Below are positions 59,906 through 64,000 of a stretch of 64,000 bases of DNA, piece by piece. The notes below the pieces were generated by a model. The model was not told where the DNA came from. It was given only the letters and a program-made list of their open reading frames with translations, and searched no databases. The first letter of the stretch is position 1. Every line of letters starts with the position of its first letter. This DNA comes from Squalus acanthias. Taxonomy: Eukaryota. The translations under genes and the position numbers were made by a program. The DNA is taken from positions 63,242,001 through 63,306,000 of the forward strand of contig CM059438.1 in assembly GCA_030390025.1 (NCBI GenBank), read 5' to 3'.

Positions 59906-61661
59906 ATACCAGGCGCTATATTGCCAGCTCCAGGAAGGCAAAGATTTGCAGTGGACAACATAAGAATTACAAGTACAGTCTTTCTTTTTAAGAAGTGTCT
60001 GGAGACGTGCATATATAATAGTTTCATCAACTCCTGAAAAGATACTGCCCGGAACTGAAGTCTACGATGCAATCAAATTGAGGTGCTTATCAATTCAGAA
60101 CCACATGTTACTAACTAGTCAAAGGAAACTGAACTTATACGGGAGTGCAAACAATTCCTGTGGAGACTGTCGCTGGTGTGTTTACCCCACAAGCTTTCTC
60201 CATGCCCAGGAGAGACGCAAAGCGGAGTTATTTAGAAAGAGACCGGCCATCGCCAGAAAAACCTGGCGACTGTTAAAAACCTACATGGTGCTGGGTTGTG
60301 TTTTTCAGATCAACAAAAGAGGACCTGAGTGGAATTACTTGCCTTACACAGAATATATTCCAGTCAAGACAACTATAAACACGGCAAAATATGTAAGACA
60401 GGGTTGCATTTTTTGCTCGCAACAGTGTTAAATCCTCCAAAATAACACTGAGATTTCCCATTTCTATTCATCAGGCAGAAATATGAGGTGTTCAGTTCGA
60501 GTGGAAGGAAAGTCGGAGAGAGAGAGCACTTTTTGTTCAAGATATTCCACCAGCTGTGTTTTAGAAAGTAGTAAACATAATCTCGCCTCTTTTAAAATAT
60601 CATTAAATTTGTTACTTTTCTGAATGCAAATTAGTAGCAGCTGCTGCGGGTATTTTTATGGTGTGAGTTAAACCTCTGGGACAACAAAGGCCTTTTCCAC
60701 TTCTGTCCATTGCTAAATAATTAAGTGGAGATGAATCCAACTCATTTCATGCAAGACCCTACCAGCCAGCTGAGATAAGAAAGACTTTCATCCCATTAGT
60801 CGGCGCTGGACCCGTCCATTGAGGTCTCATTCCTTCCTCTGCTACTTCAGTGCCGTTGGTTATGGGACAGGATGGCGCATGCCCTGGGGTGAGAGTGTGG
60901 GTGTGGTGTGGGCGGTAGTGTATCGGAACCTCTCTACTCATTTGAGTATGCGGCAACACCCAGCAAACCTCTCCGAGGAAGTGGGTTTGATGATCCTTTT
61001 GTGAGGAAGCCATACAAAATCTCCTTCTCCTTTATGTGAAGTTATCTGAACAAGGTACCTGGAAATTGAAATGATCCAACACTTGATGATTTACGAATGT
61101 TGCTTTGTGTCCTTTTTAGTTTTGCTTCCTCCATTTTTTGTTTGTTTCTTTGATCCATCCCCGTTGCTGATTTTCCTTCCTCTCTTTTTATCTCCCTAAT
61201 CCACGCATCATTTGCTGCCGACAATGGATTGGTAACTCGCTTCCAGAAATGCTGCTGGTAGGGGCACTCCTATGACTCAGTTCGTCAAGCGGATGAGTAG
61301 CTGAGGTCGTTCACATCACGGGAGGTCGCAGCTTTCATCCGTGGTTTGTGTCGTGTTTGCTGAGCTCAGGCTAGGTGCCATTCAGGGAGTTGGCCTGCTT
61401 GCCTGTGCTGGGGGGGGGGAAATCAGACCAGGATCCTCCTCCTGACTGCCCCAGTGCCCCCTGTGGAAGAGTGTGTGCAGGGACATCGGGTGAGGACAGC
61501 ATTGGGCTCCGGTGTCCTGCCCCTCTCCCCGCTCCTCGTGCTCAAATAGCTTATCAAGAAACGCCAACCAGCCTCGTGCACGTGAATAATTAATAGCCAT
61601 TTGCCTGAGGTATAGGAAGGCACAGAGGCCCCATGGGATTATAGCCCAAAAAGGAGTTATT

Positions 61662-62405
61662 GGCCCAGAAATTGATCTCGCTCTGTTCCCGCGGGGGTAA
61701 GCCTTCCCCGCGATGTCTCACCTCGCTTATGCTTTTTCTGATCCAGCTCGCACGAACTTGATGTTCCAGACATCAGCTGTGCTGGGCTTGCGTATCCCAG
61801 CGGCGTAGTGAATTCGTGCGAGCTGTGGGATCACGTGACTCAGTTAGAGCCAATGGCAGCACACCATCTTCCATTCATAAGTCTCACAGCATAGCTGTGA
61901 AATCTATGAATCTTACACCCCCCCAAAATAACAGCTAAACCTCAATTAAATTTTTAAAAAAACCCATCACATTAATAAAATAAGTATAGTTAATTAAATT
62001 AACCATTTTAAATAAAAAATTAAATTTTTGAAAAAATTTAAAATCTTTTAAAAAGTTATAAAAATAAACTTACCTGTCTTTAAAGTCTATAAAAAAGATA
62101 TACCTGTAAAAAAAAATTCAAAAAAATACTTAATTCACTACTTACCTTCTTAAAAGCGGGTCTTACTCCTCCTTTTTACATTTCCAAAATCTTCCCTACT
62201 TACCTGCGCGTCCAAAGCATGAAGTGCACAGCGTGCGCGCAGCCTGTAGCGCGCACGCGATGCACCCAGGCCCCGCCCCCTTTTCAGAAGAGCAATTGCC
62301 GGTTTTCAGCGCATGCGCAGGGCATGCAGAAAACCGGCAATTGGAGTGGGAATACGCGAGAGTATGCAGTGCGTACTCTCGCGCACCGAGATCAATTTTC
62401 GGCCC
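61662..62405 (+). mobile_element. MITE family B, copy 2 (744 bp)
   Basis: Highly similar to 2693-3435; TIRs GGCCCAGAAATTGATCTCG/CGAGATCAATTTTCGGCCC; flanks ATT/AAT. Confidence 0.9.
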
Positions 62406-63027
62406 AATGCCTTAAGGATAGAAGAATGGGAGCGGGGGTTTGAAGAGAAGATTGACGAAAAGAGAGGCTTTGTTGAAGATAGCCAATAGGGTGTTCACAG
62501 GAGCAGCCCTCAGTATTATTTTTAAAGCTTCCCTTCATGTGAGGAAGACCCTGACCCAGAGACGGATTAAGAATTCCTGGGCACCAAGAACATTCAGGGC
62601 CCCTCTGCATCCATCACACAACCCCCCTCCCCAATCCATTAAAACACATATGTGTAGTAAAGCACGTGAAGAAATTGGCCCCGAGAATGTTTGCGCACTG
62701 CATTACCAATAAAGCAAATCCTATCTACTGTACTATGAAACTGATCTCTTTGTATGCAGTATGTTGGCCTTATGGTGAGTTTTAAAGGGGTGTTGGAGCC
62801 TCTTGGCACATAAGAAATAGGAGCAGGAAATAGGCCATACAGCATGGACCCCGTGTGTTAATTTGCCCCCGATCTGGACACGTGCAACACGCCACTCGCT
62901 CTGCCATCGCTTCATCCCTTTTTCCAGCTGTCTTGTTTGTTTTCTGTCACTGAATTGCTGGAGTCCCAGGCTTCACTTAGGTCTCAGTGCTGTCTTTAAC
63001 CATAATGTATGGCCGTTGACCTTGCAG

Positions 63028-63153
63028 GAACCCAGACATGCTGAGAGATATTGCACCAGGGAGTCAGCTGCCATTTGTTATTTACAACGGAGAGCTCAAG
63101 ACGGATAATAACAAAATCGAGGAATTTCTGGAGGAGGTGCTCGCTCCTCCCAA
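63028..63153 (+). CDS. CLIC3: CLIC3 coding exon 3: (R)[41 protein letters not shown]
   Basis: ttgcag acceptor, AA|gtaagt donor, 126 nt, phase 2/2. APGSQLP is CLIC3-like, and the position downstream of ABCA2 supports CLIC3 orthology. The gene continues past the window. Confidence 0.93.
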
Positions 63154-63476
63154 GTAAGTCAAGGCTACATTTGATCTTTTTGTTCAGGTGTAAGACGAGA
63201 TCTGATGTGATGCTCTGCCGCTTCTCGGAGGCAGCAAGAAGCTAGTGGAGGCACAGCGCAGATCCAGTCGCTAATGAAGCTTCGGTTTGTTTTCTGGTTT
63301 GTTATCCTGGGCACACGACCAAAAATTCATATAGGTATCAGAGCCAGTGAAGATAATCCGAACTGGCAGCAACTAAGAAGTCACTTACGAGACTATGAGA
63401 AAATGCAGAGGCTGTGGGATAAAAAGGGGAGGGGGGAGGGGTAAAAGACTCAAATGTAACTTGACCAGAAAAGTGT

Positions 63477-63892
63477 AGAATCATAGAGTCATCTAGCAGA
63501 GAAGGAGGCCATTTGGCCCATCGTTCCTGTGCCGGCTCTTTGAAAGAACCATCCAATTAGTCCCACTCCCCTGCTCTTTCCCTGTAGCCCTGCAAATTTT
63601 TCCTTTTTAAGTTATATCCACTTCCCTTTTGAAAGCTACTATTGAATCTGCATCCACCACACTTTCAGGGAGTGCATTCCAGGTCATAACAATTTGCTGA
63701 ATAAAAAAAATCTCTCCTCTCTGGTTCTTTTGCCAATTATTTTAAATCTGTGTCCACTGGTTATCGACCATCCTGCCAGTGGAAACAGTTTCTCCCTATC
63801 TACTCTATCGAAACCCCATATAATTTTGAATACCTCTATTAAATCTCCCCTTAACTTCTTTTGCTTTAAGGAGAACAATCCCAGCTTCTCCT
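63477..63892 (-). mobile_element. CR1 3' fragment
   Basis: FSLKQKKLRGDLIEVFK ORF plus tail. Confidence 0.88.
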
Positions 63893-64000
63893 AGAGCTGT
63901 ATTTCCCATTTGAGAACCTATTATAAAAGGGCTCCATTGTGTCTCCTCTTGTCGTTCAACAAGTTGCACAGCCTGAGGCAAAACTGCTGCATTGCAGTTG

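Overview
Vertebrate genomic DNA. The repeat content (HE1-like V-SINE, SacSINE1-like Deu-SINEs, CR1 with (CATAAGAA)n tails) points to a cartilaginous fish, probably a shark. Two protein-coding genes lie on the + strand. The first is the 3' end of ABCA2: three coding exons at 4212-4349, 6890-7096 and 18109-18144, followed by a ~4.2 kb TE-free probable 3' UTR. The second is the 5' part of CLIC3: coding exons at 45664-45699, 56973-57082 and 63028-63153. This is the same ABCA2-then-CLIC3 order as in human. Most of the rest is transposon-derived: CR1 and L2 LINEs, SINEs, two solo LTRs, Penelope-like fragments with hammerhead-ribozyme motifs, several PIF/Harbinger-type MITE families, a decayed Harbinger Myb/SANT gene, and a 2.1 kb 27-bp minisatellite. 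I found no convincing wholly new gene system. The best candidates for a second look are: a single-ORF LINE that begins with a tRNA-Thr-like Pol III head; MITEs that look like central-deletion Harbinger derivatives or carry clustered antisense splice donors; a perfect 42-bp hairpin in the last ABCA2 intron; and a monothiol CPFS motif in CLIC3. TE boundaries and family names are by eye and approximate.
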